Shown here piece after piece: positions 1 to 10,014 of a DNA stretch of 64,000 nucleotides. Both the position numbers and the translations under genes were made by a program. Origin of the DNA: an uncultured Chloroflexia bacterium (lineage in GTDB: Bacteria; Chloroflexota; Limnocylindria; Limnocylindrales; CSP1-4); the NCBI GenBank assembly GCA_963800795.1, contig CAWDCJ010000014.1:64942-128941 (forward strand). The letters are read 5' to 3'. A model generated the notes under the pieces. It had not been told where the DNA came from. It saw only the letters and a list, made by a program, of their open reading frames with translations, and ran no database searches. Position 1 is the first letter of the stretch; each line of letters opens with the position of its first letter.

Positions 1-287
1 CGCGGGCTGCAGCAAACCGCCGGTACGTGGGTGATCGACGCCGCGGGCGATCTCCTCCCGGGACGCGGAGGGGCCCGATGAGGCGCGCACACCCGAATTG
101 CTGCGCGCTCGGCAACAGACGCAGCGAATGGACCCCGAATGCGGGCTGCCCGCGGGAATCGGGCGCCCGAGGTCGGGCTGCGAGCCAGGTTGGTTGCACA
201 GCCGGCAACAGGTCGCCGGACGGGCGGCACGATCGCGGCCGGCAACGGGCCGGCTGGCAGGTCGCGGCCGGCGTGTCTCGTGCTCTG

Positions 288-1001
288 CTACGGCAACGGC
301 ATCCGGACCGTGCGACGCGCCGCGCGGACCACCCGCACGAAGCTCGCAAGGTGCGCGACCGGCCGGATGTGGCTGGGCTCACCCGCGTAGATGGTGCGGA
401 TCGGGACCCACGCCATCGGCCAGCCGCCGCGGATGCAGGTCGTGATCATCTCAACCTCGAACGCGAACCCGCTCTCCCGGCTGGCCAGCAGCGCTCGCAT
501 CAGGCGCCGGTCGATCAACCGGTACCCGGACTGGTTGTCGGGGATGTCCCGGCCGACCGCCCACGAGAACGCGCGGCCACCGAGCGAGTTGGCCAGCCGT
601 CGCGACGGCGGCATCCGCCGGAAGTCGCGGCAGCCGATGACCAGGGCGTCGCCGGCGAGCGTCCGGGCGGTGAGGAACGCGGGGATCGCGGCGGGATCGT
701 GCTGGCCGTCCCCGTCGAGGGTGACGACGGCGTCGAAGCCCCGCTCGAGCGCCCAGCGGAACCCGGCCCGCAGCGCGGCGCCCTTGCCCTGGTTGGGGCG
801 CTGGACGACGACGGTGGCGCCGGCCGCCTCCGCCTCGGCCGCCGTGGATTCCGTCGACCCGTCATCGACCACGAGGACGGGAAGGTGGGCCATGGCTCCG
901 CGCACGACTGCGCCGATCCGCCCCGCCTCGTTGAAGGCCGGGACCAGGACCAGGACACGTCCCGGCAGCGGGACGTCGGCGCCAGCCTCGCGGAGACTCA
1001 T
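288..1001 (-). CDS. family-2 glycosyltransferase (dolichyl-phosphate-sugar synthase-like)
   Basis: 237-aa ORF, ATG at 1001. Motifs 'VLVLVPAFNEAGRIG', 'VVVDDGSTEST' and 'LDGDGQHDP' are typical of GT2 nucleotide-sugar transferases. Confidence 0.85.
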   Translation of the reverse strand: MSLREAGADVPLPGRVLVLVPAFNEAGRIGAVVRGAMAHLPVLVVDDGSTESTAAEAEAAGATVVVQRPNQGKGAALRAGFRWALERGFDAVVTLDGDGQHDPAAIPAFLTARTLAGDALVIGCRDFRRMPPSRRLANSLGGRAFSWAVGRDIPDNQSGYRLIDRRLMRALLASRESGFAFEVEMITTCIRGGWPMAWVPIRTIYAGEPSHIRPVAHLASFVRVVRAARRTVRMPLP

Positions 1002-1269
1002 CCGGGATGGGTCGCAAACGTCGATGGCATCCGGAACCCCCAGCGTCCCGGGGCCGGCGAATCCCGCCGACCGCGAGGAGGCGTCAGGGTACCGCGTGCG
1101 GCGACGGCCTCGACCCCGAGATCACCAGGAGATGCGGCGCCGGGACGCACGGGCGGCCGGGCGTGCGGCGCCGGGGCGTGCGGGCGGCAAGGTGGCATGG
1201 ATCGCGGCCGACCCCCGGGATGGAGTGGCCGGCCGCCCCGAGCGACGGGGCGTCACCGCCCCCGCGGTC

Positions 1270-1611
1270 CTACATCAGGCCGACGACGTGGCCCTCCGGA
1301 TCGGCGAAGAGCGCGATGGTGGTGCCCGGCGCGACCTCGGTGAGCGGCATGATCACCCGCCCGCCGAGCTCCTCTACCCGGCGGAGCGTGGCCTGGGCAT
1401 CGTCCGCGTGGACGTAGAACGTGACATGGCCCGAGCCGCCGTCCGCCGAGGTCCCGATCCCGCCGCCGATACCCTGGCCGCCGCCTTCGAACATCCCGTA
1501 CCCACCGGGGTTGTCCGTGTTGAGCTGCCAGCCGAACACCTTCCCGTAGAACGCCTGGAGCGCCGGGCCGTCCTTGCCGACGACCTCGACATGGATCACG
1601 TGGCTTGCCAT
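1270..1611 (-). CDS. VOC (glyoxalase/bleomycin-resistance fold) family protein
   Basis: 113-aa ORF. 'HVEVVGKDGPALQAFYGKVFGW' and 'IALFADPEGHVVGL' match the paired beta-alpha-beta-beta-beta pattern of small VOC proteins. Confidence 0.8.
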   Translation of the reverse strand: MASHVIHVEVVGKDGPALQAFYGKVFGWQLNTDNPGGYGMFEGGGQGIGGGIGTSADGGSGHVTFYVHADDAQATLRRVEELGGRVIMPLTEVAPGTTIALFADPEGHVVGLM

Positions 1612-1850
1612 GGCTTGACCTCCGGATCGCTGTGACGGGTCCCTGTCCCCCGTTCACCAGGACGACGCACGACCGGACCCGGAATCGACAGCATCGGCCG
1701 GCACATCGCGCCGGATTCGCCGGATCGAGGCCCCGGGCGCCGGCGACGGCACGGGCGACGCGCACGGCTCCGGCGTACGATCCCGCGACGCAGCCCGCGG
1801 CGTCAGATCGCCGACATCGGCCCGTCACAATCGCGCGCTAGGGTGCAGCC

Positions 1851-3470
1851 ATGGCAGAGAGTGGGCGTCCCCGCGCCGCGGCGAGAGCCACGGATGGGAT
1901 GAACGCGTCGAGCGGGATACCGGCCGGCTGGTGGGCGCCCGCTGCCGCCGGGGCCCTCGGCGCCGGCGTCGCGATCGCCGCGTCCGAGCTCGGGGCAGGC
2001 CTCGTGCCAGGCGCGCCGTCGCTCGTGACGGCGATCGGCTCGCTGGTGATCAGCCTCCAGCCGCCGGGCGCCAAGGAGCTCATGGTCAACCTGTTCGGCA
2101 CGAACGACAAGGTTGCCCTCAACATCCTCGTTCTCGTCGTCGCGCTGGTCGTCGCGGCGCTCGCCGGAATCCTGGCAGCGCGACGCCGCTGGCTGGGCGT
2201 GGCGATCTTCGTCGCGTTCGGGATCCTCGCCGCCGCTGCCGGGCTTCGCGATCCGCTCTCCGCGCCGGCGCTCGCGGTCGCCAACGCCGTGGTCGCCGTG
2301 GTCGCGGGCCTCGCGGCCCTGCTGGGGCTGCTCGGGCTCGCCGCCGCGAGCGGAGCCCGTGGCGCGTCCGACGATCCCGTTGCCGCGTTCCCGAGCGCGG
2401 AGTGGACCCGCCGCCGGTTCCTCATCGCGAGCGCGGGAACCCTCGGGGGCGTGATCGTCGCGGGCAGCGCCGGCAGGTCGCTCATCGACACGCATCATGC
2501 CGACGAGATCGTCAGCTCCTCGAAGATCCCGGCAGCGTTCCTCCCGGTGCCGCCGCTGGCGGCCGACCAGGCCCTGGCGATCCCGGGCCTCACGCCGATC
2601 GTCATCCCGAACGACGACTTCTACAAGATCGACACGACGCTGCTGGTCCCACGCGTGGACCCGGCGACGTGGAAGCTGGACGTGACCGGCATGATCGCCA
2701 ACCCGCTCACGTTCACCTACGACGAGCTCCTGGCGATGCCGCTGTACGAGCAGTACGTCACCATCGCCTGCGTCAGCAACCGGGTCGGCGACCACCTGGT
2801 GGGGAACGCCCTGTGGACCGGGGTGCGCCTCAAGGACGTGCTGGAGTCGGCCGGCGTGCAGCCGGGGGCGACGCAGATCGTGGGCCGGTCGGTGGACGGC
2901 TTCACGGTCGGGTTCCCGACGTCGTGGGCGATGGCGCCCGAGCGCGAGCCGATGATCGCGGTCGGGATGAACCGCCAGCCGCTCCCGGCGAACCACGGCT
3001 TCCCGGCCCGCCTCATCGTTCCCGGCCTGTTCGGCTACGTGTCGGCGACGAAGTGGCTCGCCGAGATCCAGCTGACGACGCGCGAGGCCGTCGACGGGTA
3101 CTGGGTGCCCCTCGGATGGGCCAAGGACGGCCCGATCCTCACGCAATCGCGGATCGACACCCCGGCCGACGGCGCAAGCGTCCCGTCAGGCATCGTGGAC
3201 ATCGCCGGTGTGGCCTGGGCGCCGGACCGGGGGATCACGCGCGTCGAGGTCCGTGTCGACAACGGGCCCTGGCAGGCCGCCCGGATCAGCCGCCCGATCT
3301 CGCCGGCGACCTGGGTCCAGTGGACGCTCCCCTGGACCACGACGCCCGGGGCGCACAACCTCGAGGTCCGGGCAACGGACGGCACGGGGAACGTCCAGAC
3401 GGACCAGGTCTCCGATCCGGCCCCGGACGGCGCCCGCGGGCATCATCGGATCCTCGTGATGGTGTCCTGA
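1851..3470 (+). CDS. molybdopterin-dependent oxidoreductase (sulfite-oxidase fold) with N-terminal multi-helix membrane domain
   Basis: 539-aa ORF. About 170 hydrophobic N-terminal residues are followed by an internal twin-arginine-like 'TRRRFLIASAG'. Then comes the Moco domain ('TIACVSNRVG', 'NHGFPARLIVPGLFGYVSATKWL') and a C-terminal Ig-like domain. An alternative ATG at 1899 is possible. Confidence 0.85.
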   Translation: MAESGRPRAAARATDGMNASSGIPAGWWAPAAAGALGAGVAIAASELGAGLVPGAPSLVTAIGSLVISLQPPGAKELMVNLFGTNDKVALNILVLVVALVVAALAGILAARRRWLGVAIFVAFGILAAAAGLRDPLSAPALAVANAVVAVVAGLAALLGLLGLAAASGARGASDDPVAAFPSAEWTRRRFLIASAGTLGGVIVAGSAGRSLIDTHHADEIVSSSKIPAAFLPVPPLAADQALAIPGLTPIVIPNDDFYKIDTTLLVPRVDPATWKLDVTGMIANPLTFTYDELLAMPLYEQYVTIACVSNRVGDHLVGNALWTGVRLKDVLESAGVQPGATQIVGRSVDGFTVGFPTSWAMAPEREPMIAVGMNRQPLPANHGFPARLIVPGLFGYVSATKWLAEIQLTTREAVDGYWVPLGWAKDGPILTQSRIDTPADGASVPSGIVDIAGVAWAPDRGITRVEVRVDNGPWQAARISRPISPATWVQWTLPWTTTPGAHNLEVRATDGTGNVQTDQVSDPAPDGARGHHRILVMVS

Positions 3471-3541
3471 GGGCGAGGGCCCGGCCCAGCCGGATCCCCC
3501 GCCCGCGGATGCTCGCCCCCCGGCCGGTCGCGGGCGCCTTC

Positions 3542-4919
3542 TCAGCTCCCGACGGCGCCCCAGGTGCGGCCGCCGTCACGCGTCATGTAGACGGTCGCGG
3601 GCCCGTTCCCGGAGGTGGCGATCACGACGCCCTGGGTCGCGCGTCGTGAACCCCAGGTCCGTGAGGCCGCCCGTCCCGAGTCGGGCCAGGACCGACCACG
3701 TCCGGCCTCCGTCGAACGTGCCGACAAGGGCGGCTCCGGTCGCGTCCGTGCCACCGACCACGGTCACGATCGGCGAGGCGGCGGCGATCGCCGCGGTCAT
3801 CGTGAGCGGGACCGCCGTGGGCGCCGCGACGAACGTGGACCCGCCGTCATGCGACACGAACAGGTGGCTGCCGGTGGGCGTGCTCCACAGTCCCACGTCG
3901 CAGGCGGCTGCCAGCTCGGTCGCGCTCGACGCGGCGAGGTAGGCCGGCCCGACGACATTCAGGCACGGCGGCTGCCAGGCGGCCCAGGAGCCGTTGACGA
4001 GGCGGGCACCGCCGACGACGGTCCGGTCGTTCTCCAGCAGCCAGCCCGCCGCCCCGGAGAGGACGAGCTGCACCGCAGGGACGGGACCCGCCCCGACCGC
4101 GACGCGGACCGCGGAGAAACGGAAGTCATCCGTCCCGACCGGGCTCGACGCGACGCGAAAGCCCTGGCCATCGAGCACGACGGCGTGCACCGACCCGTTC
4201 CCGGCCTCGAGCGCGACGATCGCGGAACCGGCCGAGACCCCGGCGATGGTCAGCCGAGTCCAGGTGGCCCCGCCATCATGCGTGGACCAGAGGTCGGGCC
4301 CGTACGCCCACCCGTCTTGCGCGTCGGCGAACCGAAGCCGGCTGATCCCCTGCGTGCCCTGGGCCGGCCCCGGGACGATCGACGCGGCGGGAGCCGCGAC
4401 CGACGTCCACGTGCGCCCGGCATCGGCAGTCCGGGAGATCGCCGCGCACGCCCCGCTCGGGCAGGTGCCCGTCCCCAGGACCCAGCCGTCGCTGGCCGAT
4501 GCAAAGGTCACCGACGCGGGGCTCAGCCCGAGGAGCGCCGCAGGGGCGGCCAGCGTCGCCGACGGCACCGGCGTCGCGGACCCGGCCGGCGACGCGACGA
4601 CGGGCGAGGCGGACGTTGCCGGCGTCGCCGTCGCGGTCGCAGTCGGAAGGCTTCCCGATCCGGCCGGCAGCCCGCCGGGCGGCAGGTTCCCGTTCCGCGT
4701 GACGATCAGCGCCGCGACCGCGATCACGACGACCGCAGCCGCGGCCAGGTTCACCGCCACGCGGCCGGCGAGGTGCAGCCCCCCGGTGCCGGCCCTCGGC
4801 ATCGGCTCGCGGTCCGGGATCTGGCCGATCCGCGTCGCGAGGCTGTCGGGGGCGCGCCCGGTCGCGGAGGCCACGAGCGAGGCGCGAACCTCGCGCTCGA
4901 AGGACTCGTCGCTCTTCAT
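3542..4919 (-). CDS. single-pass membrane protein with extracytoplasmic BNR/Asp-box beta-propeller (putative ECF anti-sigma/sensor partner); frameshifted as given
   Basis: ATG at 4919 overlaps the sigma-factor stop (ATGA). One TM helix ('VAVNLAAAAVVVIAVAALIV'), then a Thr/Ser/Ala/Pro linker. Five Asp-boxes: 'DAGRTW', 'DGGATW', 'DGGSTF', 'DGGRTW', 'DGGRTW'. The reading frame changes near 3636-3646: 'LGFTTR' continues as 'ATQGVVIATSGNG...' in another frame. Confidence 0.7.
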
Positions 4920-5485
4920 GGCCTGGCACTCCCCTGGTCTTCGGCGTCGACGGCCGCGCGTAGCTCGCGCAGCGCGTAATGGAGACGGGACTTGACCGTG
5001 CCGGCGCCGACCCCGATCCGGGCCGCGATCTGGTCGACCGTCAGGTCTTCGAAGTAGCGGAGAACGACGGCCTCGCGGTGGTCGGCGCTCAATGTCCGGA
5101 CGGCGTCCGCCAGGGCGTCGCGCCGGGCGAACCCGCTGTTCGGATCCGGGCCGGACAGCTCGGGGTCCAGGGCGACGTGGAGGGGCAGGCGGCGGCGTGA
5201 GCGGAGGCGGTCGCGGCACGCGTTGACGACGATCCGCCCGAACCATGCCTCGAACCTGGCCGGATCGCGGAGCTCGCCGAGGTGGCGCCATGCCGTCAGC
5301 GCGGCGTCGTGCGTGGCGTCCTCCGCGTCCTCGCGGTTGCCCATCATCAGCGTCGCGTATCGATAGGCGCCGTCGATCACGCGCCGATCCAGGAGCGAGG
5401 CGAACGTCGCCGCCCGCGCGCCCCCCGTTCGCTCGCGATCCGGGCCCGAGATGTTCACCACGGCAGCTCGCTCCACTCCGGTCAT
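4916..5485 (-). CDS. ECF-type RNA polymerase sigma-70 family factor
   Basis: ATG at 5485. Region 2 'DAEDATHDAALTAWRHLGELRDPARFEAWFGRIVVNACRD'. Region 4 HTH 'REAVVLRYFEDLTVDQIAARIGVGAGTVKSRLHYA'. Confidence 0.9.
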   Translation of the reverse strand: MTGVERAAVVNISGPDRERTGGARAATFASLLDRRVIDGAYRYATLMMGNREDAEDATHDAALTAWRHLGELRDPARFEAWFGRIVVNACRDRLRSRRRLPLHVALDPELSGPDPNSGFARRDALADAVRTLSADHREAVVLRYFEDLTVDQIAARIGVGAGTVKSRLHYALRELRAAVDAEDQGSARP

Positions 5486-5670
5486 GCTCACCTGACGATT
5501 GGCGCAGGCGAAACGTTCAATGGCGCATCCAGCATCGTCGAAACGAGCGACGGCCGGACGGGCGCCTGCCGGGCGGCGCCGGCCATCCCGAGCCGTGGGA
5601 GAGCGAGCCCATCCCGGCCCGGGATCCCCCGGCAAGGAATCCGGTCGCCGTCGCGTAGACTCGCGCCGAT

Positions 5671-7371
5671 ATGGCCACCCCACCAGCCCGGACCGCCGCC
5701 GCCCTCCTCGTCGAGTGCCTCGCCGCGGAGGAGTGCGAGTACGTCTTCTCCGTGCCGGGAGAGGAGACGATGGACATCCTCGAGGCGCTCAGCCGCCAGG
5801 ATGCCGTCCGCCACATCACGACGCGCCACGAGCAGGGCGCCGCCTTCATGGCGGACGTCTACGGCCGCCTGACCGGGCGGGCGGCGGTCGCGATGTCCAC
5901 GCTGGGTCCCGGCGCGACGAACCTCGTCACGGGGATCGCGGACGCCTTCCTGGACCGGGCGCCGATGGTCGCCCTGACCGGGCAGGCCGGCTCCGACAAG
6001 ATCCACAAGGAAGCCCACCAGTTCGTGGACATCGTCCGGATGCTGGAGCCGGTGACGAAGTGGAACCAGCGCGTCGGACAGCCGGGCGCGATCCCGGAGA
6101 TCGTGCGCAAGGCATTCCGGGTGGCCCAGCTCGCGAAGCCCGGCCCGACCCACGTGGAGCTGCCGGAGAACATCGCGGCGATGGAGGTGGACGCGGCGCT
6201 CCGGCCGATCGCGCCGTCGCTGGCGTACTTCCCGGAGCCCACCGACGAGGCGATCGCGCACGCCGCCCGGCTGCTGGCGGGATCGCGACGCCCGCTCGTG
6301 CTCGCCGGGAACGGCGTCATCCGCCGCCATGCCGCACCGGAGCTGCGGGCGTTCGCTCGCGGGCTGCACGTTCCGGTTGCGGCGACATTCATGGGCAAGG
6401 GCGCGATCGACGATCGGAGCCACCTGTCGCTCATGGCCGTCGGGCTGCAGGCGCGCGACCACGTGCTCTCGGGCTTCGACCGGGCCGACGTCGTGGTGTC
6501 GGTCGGATACGACCTCGTGGAATACGCGCCGGCCCGCTGGAACCCGGACGGGCACAAGCGGATCGTCCACATCGACACCCAGCCGGCGGAGGTCGACGCC
6601 TTCTACCAGCCGGAGGTCGAGCTCATCGGCGACATCGGCGGCACGCTCCGCCGGCTCCTCGCCGCGATCCTCCCGTACGGCATCGGCGGGCTCGACGCCA
6701 CCGCGCGCCACGCGGCCCGCGAGACGCTCGTCCACCAGGACCTGCGCACGGCGATGCTGGCCGAGCTGGGCGCCTACGAGCACGACGACGGGTGGCCGAT
6801 CCGGCCCCAGAAGGCGATCGCGGACCTGCGCCGGGCGCTCGAGCCGCCGGACATCGTCGTCAGCGACGTGGGCGCGCACAAGATCTGGGTGGCGCGGCTC
6901 TACCAGGCGTACGAGCCGAACACGGTCATCATCTCGAACGGCTTCGCCGCGATGGGGATATCGGTCCCCGGCGCGATCGCCGCGAAGCTGGTCCACCCCG
7001 ATCGGCGCGTGGTCGCCCTGTGCGGCGACGGCGGGTTCCTGATGAACTCGCAGGAGCTCGAGACGGCCCGCCGGATCGGCGCCAACATCACCGTGGTGGT
7101 GTGGCGCGACGACGGCTACGGGCTGATCGACTGGAAGCAGCGCACGGAGTTCGGGCACCCGTTCGGGGTGACGTTCACGAACCCCGACTTCGTCGCGTAT
7201 GCGCAGTCGTTCGGGCTGGCGGCCTTCCGGCCGTCGTCCGCCGACGATCTCTATCCCACGCTGATGCGCGCGCTGGCCCACGACGGCCCGACCCTCGTGG
7301 AGGTCCCCATCGACTATCGCGAGAACGTTCGGCTCACGGAGCGCCTCGGCGCCCTCGCGCATGGTGGATAG
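5671..7371 (+). CDS. thiamine-diphosphate enzyme, acetolactate synthase (catabolic AlsS-like) family
   Basis: 566-aa ORF. N-terminal Pyr domain 'RHEQGAAFMADVYGRLTGR', and ThDP/Mg motif 'GDGGFLMNSQELETA...N'. Its length and single-subunit layout resemble AlsS-type enzymes. Confidence 0.85.
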   Translation: MATPPARTAAALLVECLAAEECEYVFSVPGEETMDILEALSRQDAVRHITTRHEQGAAFMADVYGRLTGRAAVAMSTLGPGATNLVTGIADAFLDRAPMVALTGQAGSDKIHKEAHQFVDIVRMLEPVTKWNQRVGQPGAIPEIVRKAFRVAQLAKPGPTHVELPENIAAMEVDAALRPIAPSLAYFPEPTDEAIAHAARLLAGSRRPLVLAGNGVIRRHAAPELRAFARGLHVPVAATFMGKGAIDDRSHLSLMAVGLQARDHVLSGFDRADVVVSVGYDLVEYAPARWNPDGHKRIVHIDTQPAEVDAFYQPEVELIGDIGGTLRRLLAAILPYGIGGLDATARHAARETLVHQDLRTAMLAELGAYEHDDGWPIRPQKAIADLRRALEPPDIVVSDVGAHKIWVARLYQAYEPNTVIISNGFAAMGISVPGAIAAKLVHPDRRVVALCGDGGFLMNSQELETARRIGANITVVVWRDDGYGLIDWKQRTEFGHPFGVTFTNPDFVAYAQSFGLAAFRPSSADDLYPTLMRALAHDGPTLVEVPIDYRENVRLTERLGALAHGG

Positions 7372-8620
7372 GCCCGCGTTGACGACGGCGCGCGACCGGG
7401 GCGGGGCCCTTGCCGACGGCCGATCGGATCGCCTGGGTGTGGGCACGGGGCGGGCGGCAGCGACCCGGCGGCTGGCGGCGCTGGGGCTGGCGGCCCTCCT
7501 TGCCGCGTGTCAGGCGACGCCGCCGGCGGCGAGCCTGGCCGCGCCCGCCAGCATGGCCTCCTCGTTCGCCGGGAGCCCGTCGGCCGGGAGCCCGTCGGCC
7601 GCTGGCACGCCGTCGGCGGTCCCATCCGCCACGGCGTCCGGCGCGTCCGCGGCGTCGGCAGGCGCAACTCCGTCGGGGAGCACGCCGGGCGCCCGAGCGA
7701 CGAGCGCGCCGTCACCGAAGCCGACGCCCCCGCCGCCGTCCACGCTGGCCGCTGGTCCGTCCGCGACGCCGGCGCCCACTGCGAGGCCGACCGTCGCTCC
7801 CTCGCCCCAGCCATCCTCCACGACGGTGGGAACCGGGGCATCCGCGATCTCCCACGTGGTCGTCGTCTGGATGGAGAACCGGGAAGCCTCCGCGGTGACA
7901 GCATCCACGATGCCGTACCTCTACGGCATGTCGCAGACGTACGGGCGCGCCGACGCGTTCTACGCCGTCACGCATCCGTCGCTGCCCAACTACCTCGCCT
8001 TCTGGTCCGGCTCGACGCAGGGCGTCACCGACGACGCGATCCACGACCTGCCGGGGCCGAGCCTCTCCAACCAGCTCACGGCCGCCGGGCGGTCATGGCG
8101 GATCTACGCCCAGGACTACCCCGCCGGGGGATGCAGCACCGGCGGTGCGTACACCGGCGGCGTGGACGGCCCGGGCGTCGCGGGGACCTACGCCCGCAAG
8201 CACGACCCCGCGATGAGCTTCACGTACGTGTCCGGGAGCAGCCAGTGCGCGAACATCCAGCCGCTCGCGCGCTTCGACCCGGGCGTGAACGTCGCCTTCG
8301 TCGTCCCGAACATGTGCAACGACATGCACGACTGCTCGGCGGCGCAGGGTGACGCCTTCCTGCGCGCCTTCCTGCCCGAGGTGCTGGCGGCGCCCGACTG
8401 GCCGCGCACCCTGCTCGTCGTCTCGTTCGATGAGGGCGCCACGAGCGTGAACGGCGGAGGCAGGGTCTTCACGATGGTGGCACGCCAGGGCCTGTCCGGC
8501 GTCAGGTCGTCGACGGTCCACGATCACTACGGGCTGCTTCGGACCATCGAGGACATCTTCGGGCTGCCGTGCCTCAACGCGTCGTGCGGCGCGACCCCGC
8601 TCGACGAGTTCCTGCCGTGA
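7361..8620 (+). CDS. secreted phosphoesterase-family protein (PF04185-like, acid phosphatase/phospholipase C fold), probable lipoprotein
   Basis: Lipobox-like 'LAALLAAC', then a long Pro/Ser/Ala/Thr linker. Catalytic domain has 'VVVWMENR', 'HPSLPNYLAF', 'VVPNMCNDMHDC', 'DHYGLLRTIEDIFGL'. It is a paralog of 34081..35205. The start is uncertain because the ATG at 7361 overlaps the preceding gene. Confidence 0.8.
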   Translation: MVDRPALTTARDRGGALADGRSDRLGVGTGRAAATRRLAALGLAALLAACQATPPAASLAAPASMASSFAGSPSAGSPSAAGTPSAVPSATASGASAASAGATPSGSTPGARATSAPSPKPTPPPPSTLAAGPSATPAPTARPTVAPSPQPSSTTVGTGASAISHVVVVWMENREASAVTASTMPYLYGMSQTYGRADAFYAVTHPSLPNYLAFWSGSTQGVTDDAIHDLPGPSLSNQLTAAGRSWRIYAQDYPAGGCSTGGAYTGGVDGPGVAGTYARKHDPAMSFTYVSGSSQCANIQPLARFDPGVNVAFVVPNMCNDMHDCSAAQGDAFLRAFLPEVLAAPDWPRTLLVVSFDEGATSVNGGGRVFTMVARQGLSGVRSSTVHDHYGLLRTIEDIFGLPCLNASCGATPLDEFLP

Positions 8621-8638
8621 GTCGCGGGGCCGACAAGC

Positions 8639-9346
8639 GTGCCGATTGACCCGCGGGACGTTCTCGGCGACATCTCCGGCGGGCGCGTGCTCGACGTCGC
8701 GACGGGAGCCGGCGGGTTCGTCCGCTTCCTTCTCGACGGCCTCCGGGACCACGCGGAGATCGTCGGGATCGACGCCAACGCCGAACGCGCGGCGGCCTTC
8801 TCCGCGGCGTTCGCCAACACGCCCGGCATCCGGTTCGCGCAGATGGACGCCCACAACCTCGACTTCCCGGATCGATCGTTCGACACCGTCAGCATCTCCA
8901 ACTCGCTCCATCACTTCGCGGACCCGGACCCGGTGCTCGCCGAGATGCTCCGCGTCCTGCGTCGGGGTGGCCACGTCGTCATCAACGAGATGGTCCGAGA
9001 CGGCCAGTCCGACGAGCAGATGACGCACGTGCTCGTGCACCACTGGTGGGCGGCAGTCGGCCGCTCCCGCGGCGAGACGCACCGCGAGACGTACCTGCGA
9101 GCGGAGATCGTCGCGATCGTCGGGCGCCTGGGCCTCTCGGACGTGCGCGTCCTCGACCTCGCGGACCCCGACGAGGATCCGCACGACCCCGGCACGGTGG
9201 CGGAGCTCGAGGACGCGATCGACCGGCACATCGGGCTGGCCGCGGGCCACCCGGACCTCCAGGCTCGCGGCGAGGTCCTGCGCGCGCGGCTGCGCGAGGT
9301 CGGCGTCCGCGGACCGACGCAGCTCGTGCTGGTAGGGCGAGCGTAG
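8639..9346 (+). CDS. class I SAM-dependent methyltransferase
   Basis: GTG start. SAM motif I 'VLDVATGAGGF' and post-I/II 'FDTVSISNSLHHF...VLRRGGHVVI'. Confidence 0.8.
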   Translation: MPIDPRDVLGDISGGRVLDVATGAGGFVRFLLDGLRDHAEIVGIDANAERAAAFSAAFANTPGIRFAQMDAHNLDFPDRSFDTVSISNSLHHFADPDPVLAEMLRVLRRGGHVVINEMVRDGQSDEQMTHVLVHHWWAAVGRSRGETHRETYLRAEIVAIVGRLGLSDVRVLDLADPDEDPHDPGTVAELEDAIDRHIGLAAGHPDLQARGEVLRARLREVGVRGPTQLVLVGRA

Positions 9347-9451
9347 CGCGGGAGGCAGCCGGCCCGGGCGCACGTGGCACGAACTCGGGGCAGACCCGAA
9401 CCGAGGGCGCGCCGCGGAGCGCGCCGGTTTCGTGGGGCGGTCATGGCTGGC

Positions 9452-10009
9452 TCAGGATCGGGCGGCCGGCCGGTCCCGATCGTGGGCAGTGCCTCTGCGA
9501 TATCGGTCCATCGCGATGTCGATGACGGCCTCGAGCCCGCGCGCGATCTCCGCGTCGCGGCCCGCCTCGAGGGCACGCTCGAGCTCGGGGAGCAGCGCCG
9601 CCCGCGATCGGCCGGCGACGAAGACGCAGTAGCGGAACCCGAACCGCAATTCGTAGGCGGCGTTGAGGCGCTCCAGCTGCGCGGCGATCCGCTCCCCCTC
9701 CAGTCGCGCGGCCGCACCGGCCGCCTCGCGGTCGTAGCCCTGCTCGATGTACGAGTGGGCGGACACGGTTCCGGGGGGCGCGCCGAGCCGCGGGTGGGCG
9801 TCCAGGAGCTCGAGCTTCTCGGGTTCGGGCATCTCCCGCGCGATGCGGCGCGCCGTCGCGAACAGCCGCGTCGCATCCCCGAACGGCCGGGAGTCGCACA
9901 GCCGCGCCAGGAAGCGGGGAGCGCCCTCGAACAGCGGCGCGAGCGCGGCCCGGCACGCGTCCGGGTCGAGCGCGTCGAGCTCGGCGACGGTCGGTGGGCG
10001 GCCCGTCAC
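9452..10009 (-). CDS. uraD: 2-oxo-4-hydroxy-4-carboxy-5-ureidoimidazoline (OHCU) decarboxylase
   Basis: This is the C-terminal ~185 codons of the 842-aa track ORF. Motifs 'FEGAPRF', 'LLDAHPRLGAP', 'LNAAYELRFGFRYCVFVAGRS'. The most likely start is GTG at 10009, just after the uraH stop. The rest of the 842-aa ORF is a shadow ORF. Confidence 0.8.
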   Translation of the reverse strand: MTGRPPTVAELDALDPDACRAALAPLFEGAPRFLARLCDSRPFGDATRLFATARRIAREMPEPEKLELLDAHPRLGAPPGTVSAHSYIEQGYDREAAGAAARLEGERIAAQLERLNAAYELRFGFRYCVFVAGRSRAALLPELERALEAGRDAEIARGLEAVIDIAMDRYRRGTAHDRDRPAARS

Positions 10010-10014
10010 GAGGG

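Noticed and set aside
5488-7446. 652-aa minus-strand ORF and 627-aa plus-strand ORF (5499..7382) overlapping the ThDP enzyme gene
   Set aside because: Their composition is low-complexity Arg/Pro/Gly and they carry no conserved motifs. The third frame (5671..7371) encodes a complete acetolactate-synthase-family protein.
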